Assembly: GCA_041589075.1 (NCBI GenBank)
Contig: JBFHWK010000001.1
Coordinates: 1,950-65,949, forward strand
Source of the DNA: Rhodothermales bacterium
GTDB lineage: Bacteria > Bacteroidota > Rhodothermia > Rhodothermales > JABDKH01
Length of the DNA: 64,000 bases
Direction of reading: 5' to 3'
In this document: positions 40,575-50,720 of the stretch, in pieces
Position numbering within the stretch: the stretch's first letter is position 1
Layout of the letters: every line of letters starts with the position of its first letter
Made by a program: the position numbers and the translations under genes
Notes under the pieces: generated by a model
What the model saw: the letters and a program-made list of their open reading frames with translations, nothing else
The model's database searches: none
What the model was told of the DNA's origin: nothing

Positions 40575-41552
40575 TTGATGAAGAGAATCTGCCACCACCA
40601 TTGCATCCGGACTCTCATCCTTCTGTCCATTCTTGTAGCCACAGCTCCAGCTCAGGCTCAGAGTTTTATTAACCAGACGGCGGCAAGCAAGATCGTAAGC
40701 ACCCAGAACGGGGCGGTCGACAATCTTCCCGAGGTTCACTACCGGTATTACGTACTCACCGATCGCAGGAACAACACCAACCTCGCCCGCAACACCATGT
40801 ATAAGGTGCTCGGACGGGGTGACGTCGAGCTCGGCAAAGAGCGGTCCGTACTGGTGGGCCTGATGAACCGAGTCCTGATTCACGCGCTGGCCGTCGGTGA
40901 CACCGTCGTGGTTCCTACCGAGTTCGACCTGGACTTCCGCGCGTACTCGCCATTTCCGCGCTACTACACCGGAGCTCGCGACTTTGCCAAGCTCTTTGTG
41001 ATTGACAAGACACTGCAGGCCTTCGCAGCCTACGAGTACGGCAAGCTGGCACGATGGGGTATCGTCAACACCGGTGCGAAGGAGTCGCCCACACCGAATG
41101 GCCGGTTCAACTTCAATTGGAAAACCGACTATCGAATCTCTAGCCTTAGCCCGCCCGACGAACCGTGGGAAATGTGGTGGGTCTTCAACTTCCATCAGGA
41201 ACGCGGCATACACATCCATCAGTTCGCCATGCCGACCGGCGGCCCAACCAGTCACGGATGTGTCCGACTTATCGACGATGACGCGATGTGGGTTTACAAT
41301 TGGGCCGACTCGTGGAAGACCACACTCGGCAATGACTTCGGGTCAGAACAAGGTCGGATTATTTCGCAGGGTACAACCGTCCTCGTAGTCGGAGATGACC
41401 CCGCCTCGAAGCCACAACCGTTTGTGTGGAACAAGAAGATTCCGGTGCTCAAGATCGCGGAACTGCCCGAAGACCCGTACGACGTTCCGCCCGGAAGTCC
41501 CCAGCAGGCTTTCTACGACAGGGCGCGCCTGGCGTCTCAGTCGTCCCACTAG
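40575..41552 (+). CDS. L,D-transpeptidase (YkuD) family protein
   Basis: Signal peptide and catalytic motif 'IHIHQFAMPTGGPTSHGCVRL'. Confidence 0.85.
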   Translation: MMKRICHHHCIRTLILLSILVATAPAQAQSFINQTAASKIVSTQNGAVDNLPEVHYRYYVLTDRRNNTNLARNTMYKVLGRGDVELGKERSVLVGLMNRVLIHALAVGDTVVVPTEFDLDFRAYSPFPRYYTGARDFAKLFVIDKTLQAFAAYEYGKLARWGIVNTGAKESPTPNGRFNFNWKTDYRISSLSPPDEPWEMWWVFNFHQERGIHIHQFAMPTGGPTSHGCVRLIDDDAMWVYNWADSWKTTLGNDFGSEQGRIISQGTTVLVVGDDPASKPQPFVWNKKIPVLKIAELPEDPYDVPPGSPQQAFYDRARLASQSSH

Positions 41553-41557
41553 CGCCG

Positions 41558-42706
41558 TTAGTGGTATTTCTCGTCGATGGTGGTGAAGATCCTGCGGAAG
41601 CGCGGCAGATGAGAATCGCCATTCCAGGAGAAATACACCATGACGGCCTTTCCGACAATGTGACTCATCGGGACGAAGCCCCAGAATCGGCTGTCCTCTG
41701 AATTGTCCCGATAGTCGCCCATTACGAAGAAGTAGTCCTGCGTCGGTGTGAAGGAGGTTGAGATTTCACCGTCGATCAGGAACGTGCCCGCTTCGTCGCG
41801 ACCCGTGTCCTTTCCTTCGTAACGACGGAGCACCGGCTCGAGATACGGCCAATTTTCCTCCGTCAGTTCCATCTTCAAGCCCTTCGACGGAATGACGAGC
41901 GGCCCGTAGTTGTCTGTGGTGTACGAACTTCCTTTGGGATACAGTCGCTCCCCGAACTCTGGGTTTGGCTGTGCGATCAGCGGCTCCGTCTTCTCGACCC
42001 AGGGCCAACTTTCGATCTGCTTGATGGCAGCCGGCGTCGCAACAACCTGCACCACCAGTGGATCGGGCGAGTTACGGACCTGCGTGGCGACATCAACGCC
42101 AAGCTCGCTCAGGGCCGAGGCCGAAAGGCGTATGCGCGGATCGGTCTTGTACACGTTCCACCACTGCTGCATTCCGGAAGCCAGTGGCAGCAGCTCGCCA
42201 TCGATGTGGACGATTTTGTCCACGACACTGACGCTCTCCCCCGGCAAACCGATCACGCGCTTGATATAATGTGTCTTGCGATCGACCGGATGTTCGCGGT
42301 CGTCGGGCCAGTTGAACACGATCGCATCACCTCTCTTCACCGACGAAAAACCGGGTAAGCGCGTGTTCGGTAACCTGACCCCCGGCACGTAAATCTGAGT
42401 GAAGGGGATGCCAAGCGTCATGGGAGTGCGCGTTCCGTAGTGCAGCTTGGAAACGAATAGGTAATCTCCGACAAGGAGGTTCTTCTCCATCGACGGTGTG
42501 GGGATACGGAACAGATCGAAAATCAGCGTCCGCACAATCAGCATCACAACGACCGCGAAGACAAGCGCGTCGACCCATTCACGGAAGGTCGACTTCTTTT
42601 TTCGCGCTCGTCCGTTGGACTCGTGTGCCTGCCCGGGTTCTGCGTCCTTCTTCGAGGCGCGTCGAGACTTGCGTCGACGTTGGGACTTCAGGATTTCGGA
42701 GGCCAC
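41558..42706 (-). CDS. lepB: signal peptidase I
   Basis: Basic N-terminus, one TM, catalytic 'IPTPSMEKNLLVGDYLFVSK', 'IKRVIGLPGE' and 'GDYRDNSEDSRFWGFVP'. Confidence 0.93.
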   Translation of the reverse strand: MASEILKSQRRRKSRRASKKDAEPGQAHESNGRARKKKSTFREWVDALVFAVVVMLIVRTLIFDLFRIPTPSMEKNLLVGDYLFVSKLHYGTRTPMTLGIPFTQIYVPGVRLPNTRLPGFSSVKRGDAIVFNWPDDREHPVDRKTHYIKRVIGLPGESVSVVDKIVHIDGELLPLASGMQQWWNVYKTDPRIRLSASALSELGVDVATQVRNSPDPLVVQVVATPAAIKQIESWPWVEKTEPLIAQPNPEFGERLYPKGSSYTTDNYGPLVIPSKGLKMELTEENWPYLEPVLRRYEGKDTGRDEAGTFLIDGEISTSFTPTQDYFFVMGDYRDNSEDSRFWGFVPMSHIVGKAVMVYFSWNGDSHLPRFRRIFTTIDEKYH

Positions 42707-42777
42707 AGTGGCGGACGGCTGGTGGAGTGATTCGGGGGACTCGTTCTACGGCGGACGATGCACAACGTTTCGCGAGG

Positions 42778-43581
42778 TCACTCCTGCTGGGCGGAATCGG
42801 CGGGAGTAATTACAGGGCGATTTAGTCCCGGATTTGTGATGGTCTCGACGAAGAAGTCTGTGCCATCGAAGCCGGTTCGGTACCACTCCATCAGTTCGTC
42901 GTCGTAATAGTAGTCGACGTATGGGGATCGGCGGTCCGATTGTAGGACGACCGCGAGGAACGTGTCGCGCAGGACGCTGAGTACCTCGGCGTGTTCTACG
43001 GTCGTCGAGCTGACAATGCCTCTCTCGAAGGGGCCGTTCACGTCGGTCAGGACTAGGGGAATGGTGTCGTTGATTACGAACCAGTACTCAAATTCGAAGA
43101 CGTCACCGGAACTCACACGTTCCCTTGCGTCCAGATCCCCAAGCGCACGAGTGGGTTTCCCGAAATGCGCCTCGAGGCGCGCGCGCACGTCCCGTGTCAT
43201 CATGGTGTCGATGGCGCTGATTTGGCCGTTCCCGAGAAACGACCAGGAGCGACCTCCGAATTCGCTAAGGAACCACCGCTGGCCGAGCTTCGGGATTCGC
43301 TGCCACCGGCTGATCGTGAAGGTTGGAACGGTCTCACTCGAGGTATCAGGCGTGGCCATGCGTCGCGCAGCAATCGAATCAAGCGGCGCCGGCAGTGGCC
43401 GTGGTGGTAGCGTCGGCAGCCGCCCGCCGGACGCAGTGAGGATCTGGTGTGCACGCTGCCGCAACATTTGCGACCTGTACAGGTCGACCACGGATTGCGC
43501 ATAAGCAGACAGTGGGCACGCCAGAACACAAACGAGAAAGATCCAGCGGACACGACGGTTGGAACCACGCATGACTCGCAC
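42778..43581 (-). CDS. hypothetical secreted protein
   Basis: Signal peptide 'WIFLVCVLACPLSAYAQ'. 267 aa, no motif recognised. Lies between lepA and lepB on the same strand. Confidence 0.6.
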   Translation of the reverse strand: MRVMRGSNRRVRWIFLVCVLACPLSAYAQSVVDLYRSQMLRQRAHQILTASGGRLPTLPPRPLPAPLDSIAARRMATPDTSSETVPTFTISRWQRIPKLGQRWFLSEFGGRSWSFLGNGQISAIDTMMTRDVRARLEAHFGKPTRALGDLDARERVSSGDVFEFEYWFVINDTIPLVLTDVNGPFERGIVSSTTVEHAEVLSVLRDTFLAVVLQSDRRSPYVDYYYDDELMEWYRTGFDGTDFFVETITNPGLNRPVITPADSAQQE

Positions 43582-43587
43582 GCTCCC

Positions 43588-45399
43588 TCAGTCGTTCATA
43601 GACAGCACCGCCAGGAAGGCCTCCTGGGGCACCTCGACGCTCCCCACCTGCTTCATCCTCCGCTTGCCTTCTTTTTGCTTCTCTAGCAGCTTTCTCTTTC
43701 GAGTGATGTCGCCGCCGTAGCACTTTGCCGTCACGTCTTTGCGCATCGCCTTGACTGTCTCGCGCGCGATGACCCGGCTGCCTACGGCCGCTTGCAGAGC
43801 GACCTCGAACATTTGCCGAGGTATTAGCTCCTTGAGCTTCTTCACGAGCTTGCGACCCATCTCGTACGCTTTCTCGCGGTGCACGATCGTAGACAACGCG
43901 TCGACCGGATCCCCGTTGATCAGTACGTCCAACCTCGATAGCTGGCTGGGCCTGAAGTCGATGATCTCGTAGTCAAAAGACGCGTAGCCACGTGACAGCG
44001 TCTTCAGCCGGTCGTAGAAGTCGAAGACAATCTCGGAGAGCGGCAGCTCGTACTCCAGGTTCGCCCTCTCCGTATCGAGGTAAGTCGTGTTGACGTACGT
44101 ACCGCGGCGTTCCTGACAAAGACTCATTAAGCCACCGATATACTCCGAAGGAGTAATGATCTCGGCCTTGACGTAAGGCTCCCTGACTTCCTGGACCTCA
44201 CCTGCCGACGGCATCTTGCTCGGGTTGTCCACCAGCACCAATTGCTCGTCAGTGGTGACGACCTCATACTTCACGTTCGGTACCGTCGTGATGATGTCCA
44301 GATCGAATTCGCGGTCGAGTCGCTCCTGAACGATCTCCATATGTAGCAGACCAAGGAACCCGACGCGAAATCCGAATCCGAGCGCCGCGGAGGTCTCGGG
44401 TTCAAACGTCAGTGATGCGTCATTAAGTCGAAGTTTGTCCAGCGACGCCCTGAGATCCTCGAAATCGTCCGAGTTCGTCGGGAAGACTCCGCTGAAGACC
44501 ATGGGCTTGACCTCACGGAAGCCGGCTATGGCCGCACGTGCCGGTCTTCGCGCGAGAGTGATCGTGTCTCCGACTCGGGTGTCACGAACGTCTTTCACCG
44601 AACCGATGATATACCCGACCTCGCCGGCCCGCAGTGTGTCTGTAGGTTGCATCGACATCCGAAGCACACCTATCTCCTCGGCATCATAGTCTTTTTTGTT
44701 CGACATAAACCGGATGCGCTCGCCTTTTCGAATCGTGCCGTCAAAGATCCGAGCGTAGGCGATAGCGCCGCGATACGAGTTGAAGACGGAATCGAAGATC
44801 AATGCCTTCAGGGGAGCGTCCGGATCACCGTTTGGCGGTGGGACCCGGGCCACGATCGCATCGAGCAATTCCTCCACCCCGAGACCGGTCTTGGCGCTGA
44901 GGTGCAGGATGTCCTCCGCCGGCTCTCCAATGAGGTTTTCAATCGACTGTGCGACGAGGTCGGGGTGTGCGCTAGGCAGATCTACCTTATTGAGGACAGG
45001 GATGATCTCGACGTCATTCTCCATCGCGAGGTAGAGGTTCGAGATGGTCTGCGCCTCGATTCCCTGCGCAGCATCGACAACGAGAATCGCCCCTTCACAC
45101 GCCGTGAGTGCTCTTGAAACCTCGTAGGTGAAATCGACGTGCCCGGGTGTATCGATCAAATTGAGCGTGTACTCCTCGCCGTCGGACGAGCGATACGACA
45201 TCCGGATGGCGTGGCTCTTGATCGTGATGCCGCGCTCACGTTCGAGGTCCATGCTATCGAGAACCTGAGCCTGTAGCTGCCGCTGTGTAAGCGTGCCCGT
45301 TGCCTCCAGCAACCGGTCGGCAAGGGTGCTCTTGCCATGATCGATGTGGGCGATGATGCAAAAGTTGCGGATGCGGCTCTGGTACGACGACATCAGCAA
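43588..45399 (-). CDS. lepA: translation elongation factor 4
   Basis: '[22 protein letters not shown]', 'DTPGHVDF', and the C-terminal LepA domain '[38 protein letters not shown]'. Confidence 0.97.
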   Translation of the reverse strand: MLMSSYQSRIRNFCIIAHIDHGKSTLADRLLEATGTLTQRQLQAQVLDSMDLERERGITIKSHAIRMSYRSSDGEEYTLNLIDTPGHVDFTYEVSRALTACEGAILVVDAAQGIEAQTISNLYLAMENDVEIIPVLNKVDLPSAHPDLVAQSIENLIGEPAEDILHLSAKTGLGVEELLDAIVARVPPPNGDPDAPLKALIFDSVFNSYRGAIAYARIFDGTIRKGERIRFMSNKKDYDAEEIGVLRMSMQPTDTLRAGEVGYIIGSVKDVRDTRVGDTITLARRPARAAIAGFREVKPMVFSGVFPTNSDDFEDLRASLDKLRLNDASLTFEPETSAALGFGFRVGFLGLLHMEIVQERLDREFDLDIITTVPNVKYEVVTTDEQLVLVDNPSKMPSAGEVQEVREPYVKAEIITPSEYIGGLMSLCQERRGTYVNTTYLDTERANLEYELPLSEIVFDFYDRLKTLSRGYASFDYEIIDFRPSQLSRLDVLINGDPVDALSTIVHREKAYEMGRKLVKKLKELIPRQMFEVALQAAVGSRVIARETVKAMRKDVTAKCYGGDITRKRKLLEKQKEGKRRMKQVGSVEVPQEAFLAVLSMND

Positions 45400-45427
45400 T
45401 GCGTGCGGCGGTTCGATGATGCCGGCC

Positions 45428-46195
45428 TCATGGCGGATCGCTTCCGTGCGCTCCTTCCGCGCCCGTGGCCAGATCGGGGCGCCACTCGTTCACGTCGGCA
45501 GCACCGTCGGTACGCCCGGAAAGATCGCTCTCCACCGGGACGTCCGGGCCGGCCGACGCGGAATCTACCGGCGGCGCCGCCTCGCTCGCCGCCGCGACGG
45601 CTGCCTCCTGCCGCCGATGAAAGGCCTTCTGGAAAACCAGAATTCCGACAACGCCCAGCACGATCGACATGTCTGCTACGTTCCAGATCGGAAACAGCGC
45701 TACATAATTGCCGCCGAGCAACGGAATCGTGTCCGGCAGATAGCCGCGCCACACGTTGACGTGAATGAAGTCCACGACGCGACCCTGAAAAAACGGCTCA
45801 CCGTAGATGATCGCGCCGTAAAACACGCGGTCGATGATGTTGCCGAATGCACCGCCAAGCACCAGCGCAAGGCTGGCCCGGTACGGGCCGAAACCCCGAC
45901 GAATGCTGACGAGGTATATAAAGATCACAACCGTCGCGAAGATCGAGAAGTACGTGATCAGTGATGGCGGTCCGAAGGAGATTCCAAAGGCCATCCCAGG
46001 GTTCTCGGTATACGTAAGCGCGAGCCAATCACCGATAAGCGGGATAGACTGCGAGCGATACATGGTCTCGACGACGAGCACCTTCGTGACCTGATCGACA
46101 AGCACGATGAGACCCGTAATCCAGAGTACCCGCATTGACCTAAAGGTGGTTTTGAAAGGAGTCAAAGGGCGGCCAGACGCTACGGTGTCGAACAC
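45428..46195 (-). CDS. lspA: lipoprotein signal peptidase (signal peptidase II) with Ala/Pro/Asp-rich C-terminal tail
   Basis: '[12 protein letters not shown]', '[14 protein letters not shown]', 'VDFIHVN' and '[11 protein letters not shown]'. Alternative ATG at 46135. The C-terminal ~60 aa are low-complexity. Confidence 0.9.
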   Translation of the reverse strand: MFDTVASGRPLTPFKTTFRSMRVLWITGLIVLVDQVTKVLVVETMYRSQSIPLIGDWLALTYTENPGMAFGISFGPPSLITYFSIFATVVIFIYLVSIRRGFGPYRASLALVLGGAFGNIIDRVFYGAIIYGEPFFQGRVVDFIHVNVWRGYLPDTIPLLGGNYVALFPIWNVADMSIVLGVVGILVFQKAFHRRQEAAVAAASEAAPPVDSASAGPDVPVESDLSGRTDGAADVNEWRPDLATGAEGAHGSDPP

Positions 46196-46212
46196 GTCTC
46201 GCCCGGTTTCTG

Positions 46213-47358
46213 CTACCTTTTCTGCAGACGCTTTGCCGCGATCGAGATTTCGGTATGCGGAACAGCCTCAAGTCGCTCCTTCGAGATCGGGTTACCCGTC
46301 ACCTTGCACACGCCATACGTACGATTTTCGATGCGCTCGAGCGCGCGGTCGAGATAGCCGACGTACTTCTGCTGTCGCGCTACCATCATGTAGAGCTTCT
46401 CCCGCTCCATCGCATCGGTGCCCGCATCTGCCATATGAAAGCTGTACGCCGTGTCGTTTTCGGCCTGCTCTCGCGAGTCCGCCAACTGGCTCCGCAGACT
46501 CTCGATGTCTTCTGTTGCGGACCGCCGACGTTCAAGGATGAGGTTGCGGAAATGCTCGAGCTCGGTCTTCGAAAACGGCGTCACAGGCTTTCGCTTTGGT
46601 GGCGGCTGCGATTCCGACTTCCTGCCCCCTGCACGCGCCTTCTTGGATGAACTTCGCGCCACTTTCCCCGAACCGTTTCTACCGGCCGCTGCTTGAGCTT
46701 TGCGGGCGACCGTATTCTTCGCCGTAGCCGCCTTCTTGGAAGCGGACGGTTTCACAGACTTCTTTGCAGCAGTAGTCTTTTTTGGAGCAGCCTTCTTCGG
46801 TGCAGCTTTTCTTGCGGTGGTCTTCTTCGGTGCAGCTTTTCTTGCGGTCGTCTTCTTCGGTGCAGCTTTCTTGCGTGTCGTTTTCTTGGCGACCGTCTTC
46901 TTCTGCGCGGCCTTCCGGACAGTGGTCCGCTTCGGTGTGGCCTTCTTGCGCGTCACACGCTTCGCCGCCGCTTTCTTAGTTGCAGTCCTCTTCTTCGCGG
47001 GCGACTTCTTGCCCGCGACCTTTTTGGTGCGTGCAGCCTTAGCCGTCGTCTTTTTCGTCGCTGTCCGTCTCGCGGCGGACTTCTTGGAAGCCGACCTTGT
47101 TGAGGCAGCTTTACGCGAGCCCGCCTTCTTTACCGAGGTCTTTCTAGTGGTAGCCCTCCGTGCAGGCTTCTTTGCAGATGACTTCTTTGCCGAACTCTTC
47201 TTTGCAGCTGTCTTGCGGGCAGTGGTCTTCTTTGCCGCAGTCTTCGCTCCGGCCTTCTTCCGTGCCGATGTCGACTTCGACGCCGATCGAGACTTTGCCG
47301 CCTTACTCGTCGTTGCCCGCTTCCGTGCTGACCCTGTCTTCTTTTTACGTGTCGCCAT
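46213..47358 (-). CDS. DksA/TraR-family protein (Cys-degenerate finger) fused to a ~255-aa Lys/Ala/Thr-rich histone-H1-like N-terminal region
   Basis: The C-terminal ~124 aa read 'TELEHFRNLILERR...YSFHMADAGTDAMEREK...RALERIENRTYGVCKVTGNPISKERLEAVPHTEIS'. The N-terminus reads 'MATRKKKTGSARKRATTSKAAKS...KKTTARKAAPKKTTARKAAPKKAAPKK'. AGGAG lies 6 nt upstream of the ATG at 47358. Confidence 0.75.
   Translation of the reverse strand: MATRKKKTGSARKRATTSKAAKSRSASKSTSARKKAGAKTAAKKTTARKTAAKKSSAKKSSAKKPARRATTRKTSVKKAGSRKAASTRSASKKSAARRTATKKTTAKAARTKKVAGKKSPAKKRTATKKAAAKRVTRKKATPKRTTVRKAAQKKTVAKKTTRKKAAPKKTTARKAAPKKTTARKAAPKKAAPKKTTAAKKSVKPSASKKAATAKNTVARKAQAAAGRNGSGKVARSSSKKARAGGRKSESQPPPKRKPVTPFSKTELEHFRNLILERRRSATEDIESLRSQLADSREQAENDTAYSFHMADAGTDAMEREKLYMMVARQQKYVGYLDRALERIENRTYGVCKVTGNPISKERLEAVPHTEISIAAKRLQKR
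46791..46880 (-). repeat. 30-bp tandem repeat (about 3 copies) inside the Lys/Ala-rich coding region
   Basis: ccttcttcggtgcagcttttcttgcggtgg / tcttcttcggtgcagcttttcttgcggtcg / a third, diverged copy. Encodes 'KKTTARKAAP' units. Confidence 0.85.
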
Positions 47359-47369
47359 GAACCGCTCCT

Positions 47370-50300
47370 CTAATTCTTTCCGTCCGGCACGAGACGCCGG
47401 ACTGCGATAGTCACAGGCTCGCCATCGATCTCGTACACCTGCACCATGTCGCCTTCTGGATGACTAGCCTCTTCTAACTCTAGTGCCAGAGTCTCGTTCC
47501 GAATCCATTCGGCATGCGCGGCGATGGCAGCGCGAACCAGATCCGAGGCACTGTACGCAACGCGTATTCGGTCGGTAACCTCGAATCCGGCCTGTTTTCT
47601 GAGATTCTGAATACGATTGACGGACTCCCGCGCCAGACCTTCCTTGATTAGCTCGTCCGTCAAGTTCGTGTCAAGGGCGACCGTGACGCCTTCCTCCGTA
47701 CCAACCAGCCATCCCTCGATTCCTTCGCTGGTAATGACCACATCATCCGGTTCGAGTCGGACAGCTTCGCCATCAACCTGAAGATCGGTGCCACCCTCGC
47801 TCAGAAAGGCCTCGATATCGTCATCGCCCCACTTTCGGACCTCCACATTGACGGCTTTCATGAGCTTGCCGAGGCGCTTCCCAAGCCGCTGGAAGTCCGG
47901 CTTGGCAGACCGGCGAACAACGCCCGACGACGAGGGCACTAGTTCCATCTCCTTTACATTAACCTCGTCCAGGATAACGGCACGAACGGCCTCGATGTCC
48001 GCTTCGTCCACACCACTGCCCACTACCAAAAGAATCTTGGCAAGGGGTTGGCGCACGTTTATTCCGCTTTCATTCCGTAGGGCCAGGACTATCGAGGCGG
48101 CCGTCCGCGCCACTTGCATCCGCCGCTCAAGCGCGACGTCGATGATGTCCGAACGGCTTTCGGGAAACCGCGCGAGATGTACAGAGTCGGCACCACTCAA
48201 TCCCGTCACGCTGTTGAGACTCCGAAAGAGCCATTCGCCGAAGAACGGCGCGATCGGACTCATAAGTCGCGCGATCGTCTCCAGACACTCATAGACTGTT
48301 TGATAGGCCGCCGTCTTATCCGATGCATCAAGCTCGCTCTTCCAGAAACGGCGGCGCGATCTGCGGATGTACCAGTTTGAAAGGGCCTCCACCTGCTCTT
48401 CGATAGCGCGGGCCGCCAAGGTCGGGTTGTAATCGGTCAGAGCCTCGTCCACTTCACTGATGACCGAATGCAGCTTGCTCAGAATCCATCGGTCCAGCTC
48501 CGGACGTTGGCGAACAGGGATGACACCTCCCTCGAACGTGAATTCGTCGATGTTGGCATACGTGGCGAAGAAGCCATACACGTTCTCCAGCGTGCTGAAG
48601 AACTTCCTCAAGGTGTCCTGCAACCCGCGATCCGTAAACTTCAGATTTTCCCAGGGCGGGCTATTACTCATCATGTACCAACGCGCAACGTCGGCACCGT
48701 ATTTCTCGATGACGTCGAACGGGTCAACAGCGTTGCCCTTGGACTTCGACATCTTCTCGCCATCCTCGTCGAGGACAAGTCCGTTGACGACGACATTCCT
48801 GTAGGCGACGTCGTCTCGCACAAGCACGGCGATTGCATGCAGGGTGTAGAACCAGCCACGCGTCTGATCGACGCCCTCGGCGATGAAGTCGGCCGGGAAA
48901 CTCTCTTCAAACGCCGCGTCATTCTCGAACGGATAGTGCCACTGCGCGAACGGCATGGCCCCGGAGTCGAACCAGACGTCGATCAGGTCTTCAACCCGGT
49001 GCATCGTACCGCCATCCGGAGCCGGCCACGTTAATCCGTCGACGAATGGCCGGTGCAGATCAAGTTCATGGTCGGAACCGATCTGGTCGCCGGCTTTTTT
49101 GCGCAGCTCGGCGATCGACCCGATGACCTCTATGTAGTCCGAACCTGGTGCGTCCGAGACCCAGACGGGAAGAGGCGTGCCCCAGAAGCGTCGTCGGCTC
49201 AGCGCCCAGTCGACATTGTTCTCAAGCCATTCTCCAAAACGACCTTCTCCAATGCTCCGTGGGTGCCAGTTGATCTGTTTGTTCAGTTGTACCAGACGGT
49301 CCTTGATGGCGGTCGTTCGAATAAACCAGCTGTCAACGGGATAGCTCATCAGCGGCGTTCCCTTTCGCCAGTCATGGGGATAGTTATGCAGATATGTCTC
49401 CTGGCGAAACATCAGACCGCGCGCACGTAGGTCCCGGTTGATGACCTTGTCCGCGTCCTTGAACCACATGCCATCGACCAGCGGAGCGGCATTGGTGAAT
49501 CGGCCGTCGCCAGCGATCGGATTTACCAGCGGAAGCCCTTCGCGATGCGCCGTGTCGAAGTCCTCGGCGCCAAAGGCTGGCGCGGTATGAACGATTCCTG
49601 TGCCGTCGGCGGTCGACACATAGTCTGCGGCTACGACACGCCAGCCTGAATTTGCCTCAGCGTCAGCAAGGAAGTAGTCATAAAGCGGATCGTAAAACAT
49701 GCCGACTAGGTCACGTCCTTTCATCTCCGCTTCGATCTCATAATCGAGACCGACTACCTCAAGCCGATCGCGGGCGAGGATCAGCCGCTCCGACCTGTCG
49801 TCCGCTGCTATCCGGATCTGGACATAATCGATATCAGGACCGACCGCCAGAGCGGTGTTTGAGATTAGAGTCCAAGGCGTCGTCGTCCACGCCAGAAAGT
49901 AGAAGTTCTCCTGACCGCGCACGGCAAACTTGATGTACACACTCGGGTCCTGGACCTCTTGATAGCCTAGACTGACTTCGTGAGACGAAAGGACCGTGCC
50001 GGAGCCCGGACTGTACCACTGAATCTTGTGGCCTTTGTAGAGGAGCCCTTTCTCGTGTATCTGTTTGATGAGCCACCAGACGGACTCGATATACTCGTTT
50101 CGGAACGTGACATACGGGTGCTCGAGGTCGACCCAGTAGCCCATTCGCCGTGTCAGATCGTCCCATTGTTCCGTGTACCGAAGTACACTCTCCCTACAGG
50201 CCTTGTTGTAGCGATCGATGCCGAACTCGTAGACCTGCTCCCGTCCGGTCAGCCCAAGTTCCTTCTCGACTTCGATCTCTACGGGAAGTCCGTGCGCGTC

Positions 50301-50621
50301 CCAACCCGCCTTGCGCGTGACCAGATAGCCTTTCGCCGTCTTGAAGCGGCAGAAAATGTCCTTGATCGTCCGCGCCATGACATGGTGGATGCCCGGCCGT
50401 CCGTTAGCTGTCGGAGGTCCCTCGTAGAAGGAAAAGACCTGTCCTCCTTCCCGCTCCCGAATACTTCGGTGGAAGATTTCGTTGTCGGTCCACCACCGCA
50501 GGGTCTCCGTCTCCAACTGCGGGTGATTGAACCGCTTGACTTCGGGAAAGCGTTTGACCACGGCTGCGGCGGCGTTTAAAGGAATTACGTTTTGGATGCG
50601 TGCGGCACCTTGCGGGAGCAA
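47370..50621 (-). CDS. ileS: isoleucine--tRNA ligase (type 2)
   Basis: 'FYEGPPTANGRPGIHHVMAR' is the HIGH region and 'KMSKSKGN' is KMSKS. The track start is a TTG at 50621. A GTG at 50561 ('VKRFPEVKRFNHPQLE') is an alternative. Confidence 0.95.
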   Translation of the reverse strand: MLPQGAARIQNVIPLNAAAAVVKRFPEVKRFNHPQLETETLRWWTDNEIFHRSIREREGGQVFSFYEGPPTANGRPGIHHVMARTIKDIFCRFKTAKGYLVTRKAGWDAHGLPVEIEVEKELGLTGREQVYEFGIDRYNKACRESVLRYTEQWDDLTRRMGYWVDLEHPYVTFRNEYIESVWWLIKQIHEKGLLYKGHKIQWYSPGSGTVLSSHEVSLGYQEVQDPSVYIKFAVRGQENFYFLAWTTTPWTLISNTALAVGPDIDYVQIRIAADDRSERLILARDRLEVVGLDYEIEAEMKGRDLVGMFYDPLYDYFLADAEANSGWRVVAADYVSTADGTGIVHTAPAFGAEDFDTAHREGLPLVNPIAGDGRFTNAAPLVDGMWFKDADKVINRDLRARGLMFRQETYLHNYPHDWRKGTPLMSYPVDSWFIRTTAIKDRLVQLNKQINWHPRSIGEGRFGEWLENNVDWALSRRRFWGTPLPVWVSDAPGSDYIEVIGSIAELRKKAGDQIGSDHELDLHRPFVDGLTWPAPDGGTMHRVEDLIDVWFDSGAMPFAQWHYPFENDAAFEESFPADFIAEGVDQTRGWFYTLHAIAVLVRDDVAYRNVVVNGLVLDEDGEKMSKSKGNAVDPFDVIEKYGADVARWYMMSNSPPWENLKFTDRGLQDTLRKFFSTLENVYGFFATYANIDEFTFEGGVIPVRQRPELDRWILSKLHSVISEVDEALTDYNPTLAARAIEEQVEALSNWYIRRSRRRFWKSELDASDKTAAYQTVYECLETIARLMSPIAPFFGEWLFRSLNSVTGLSGADSVHLARFPESRSDIIDVALERRMQVARTAASIVLALRNESGINVRQPLAKILLVVGSGVDEADIEAVRAVILDEVNVKEMELVPSSSGVVRRSAKPDFQRLGKRLGKLMKAVNVEVRKWGDDDIEAFLSEGGTDLQVDGEAVRLEPDDVVITSEGIEGWLVGTEEGVTVALDTNLTDELIKEGLARESVNRIQNLRKQAGFEVTDRIRVAYSASDLVRAAIAAHAEWIRNETLALELEEASHPEGDMVQVYEIDGEPVTIAVRRLVPDGKN

Positions 50622-50720
50622 AAAAGATACGGAACGCCGTAGGAACAGAGTCGGGCCTGCCAGGCAGCGCGCGTAATTAACCGATTGTCAACGGGGCGGA
50701 GACGCGGAAGCCGCCGAGTA

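Noticed and set aside
46791-46880. Tandem 30-bp repeats considered as a possible CRISPR or minisatellite element
   Set aside because: There are no spacers and the repeats are directly adjacent, in frame and inside a continuous ORF. They are coding repeats.
46700-47410. 236-aa Phe/Ala-rich ORF, plus 46693-47103, antisense to the Lys/Ala-rich region
   Set aside because: It is the reverse complement of AAG/GCN codons, which gives CTT/NGC, and is a mirror artefact of the repeat region.
50622-50720. Leader or attenuator (T-box-like) upstream of ileS
   Set aside because: The spacer is 99 nt with no specifier/antiterminator-like structure seen. T-boxes are not expected in this lineage.
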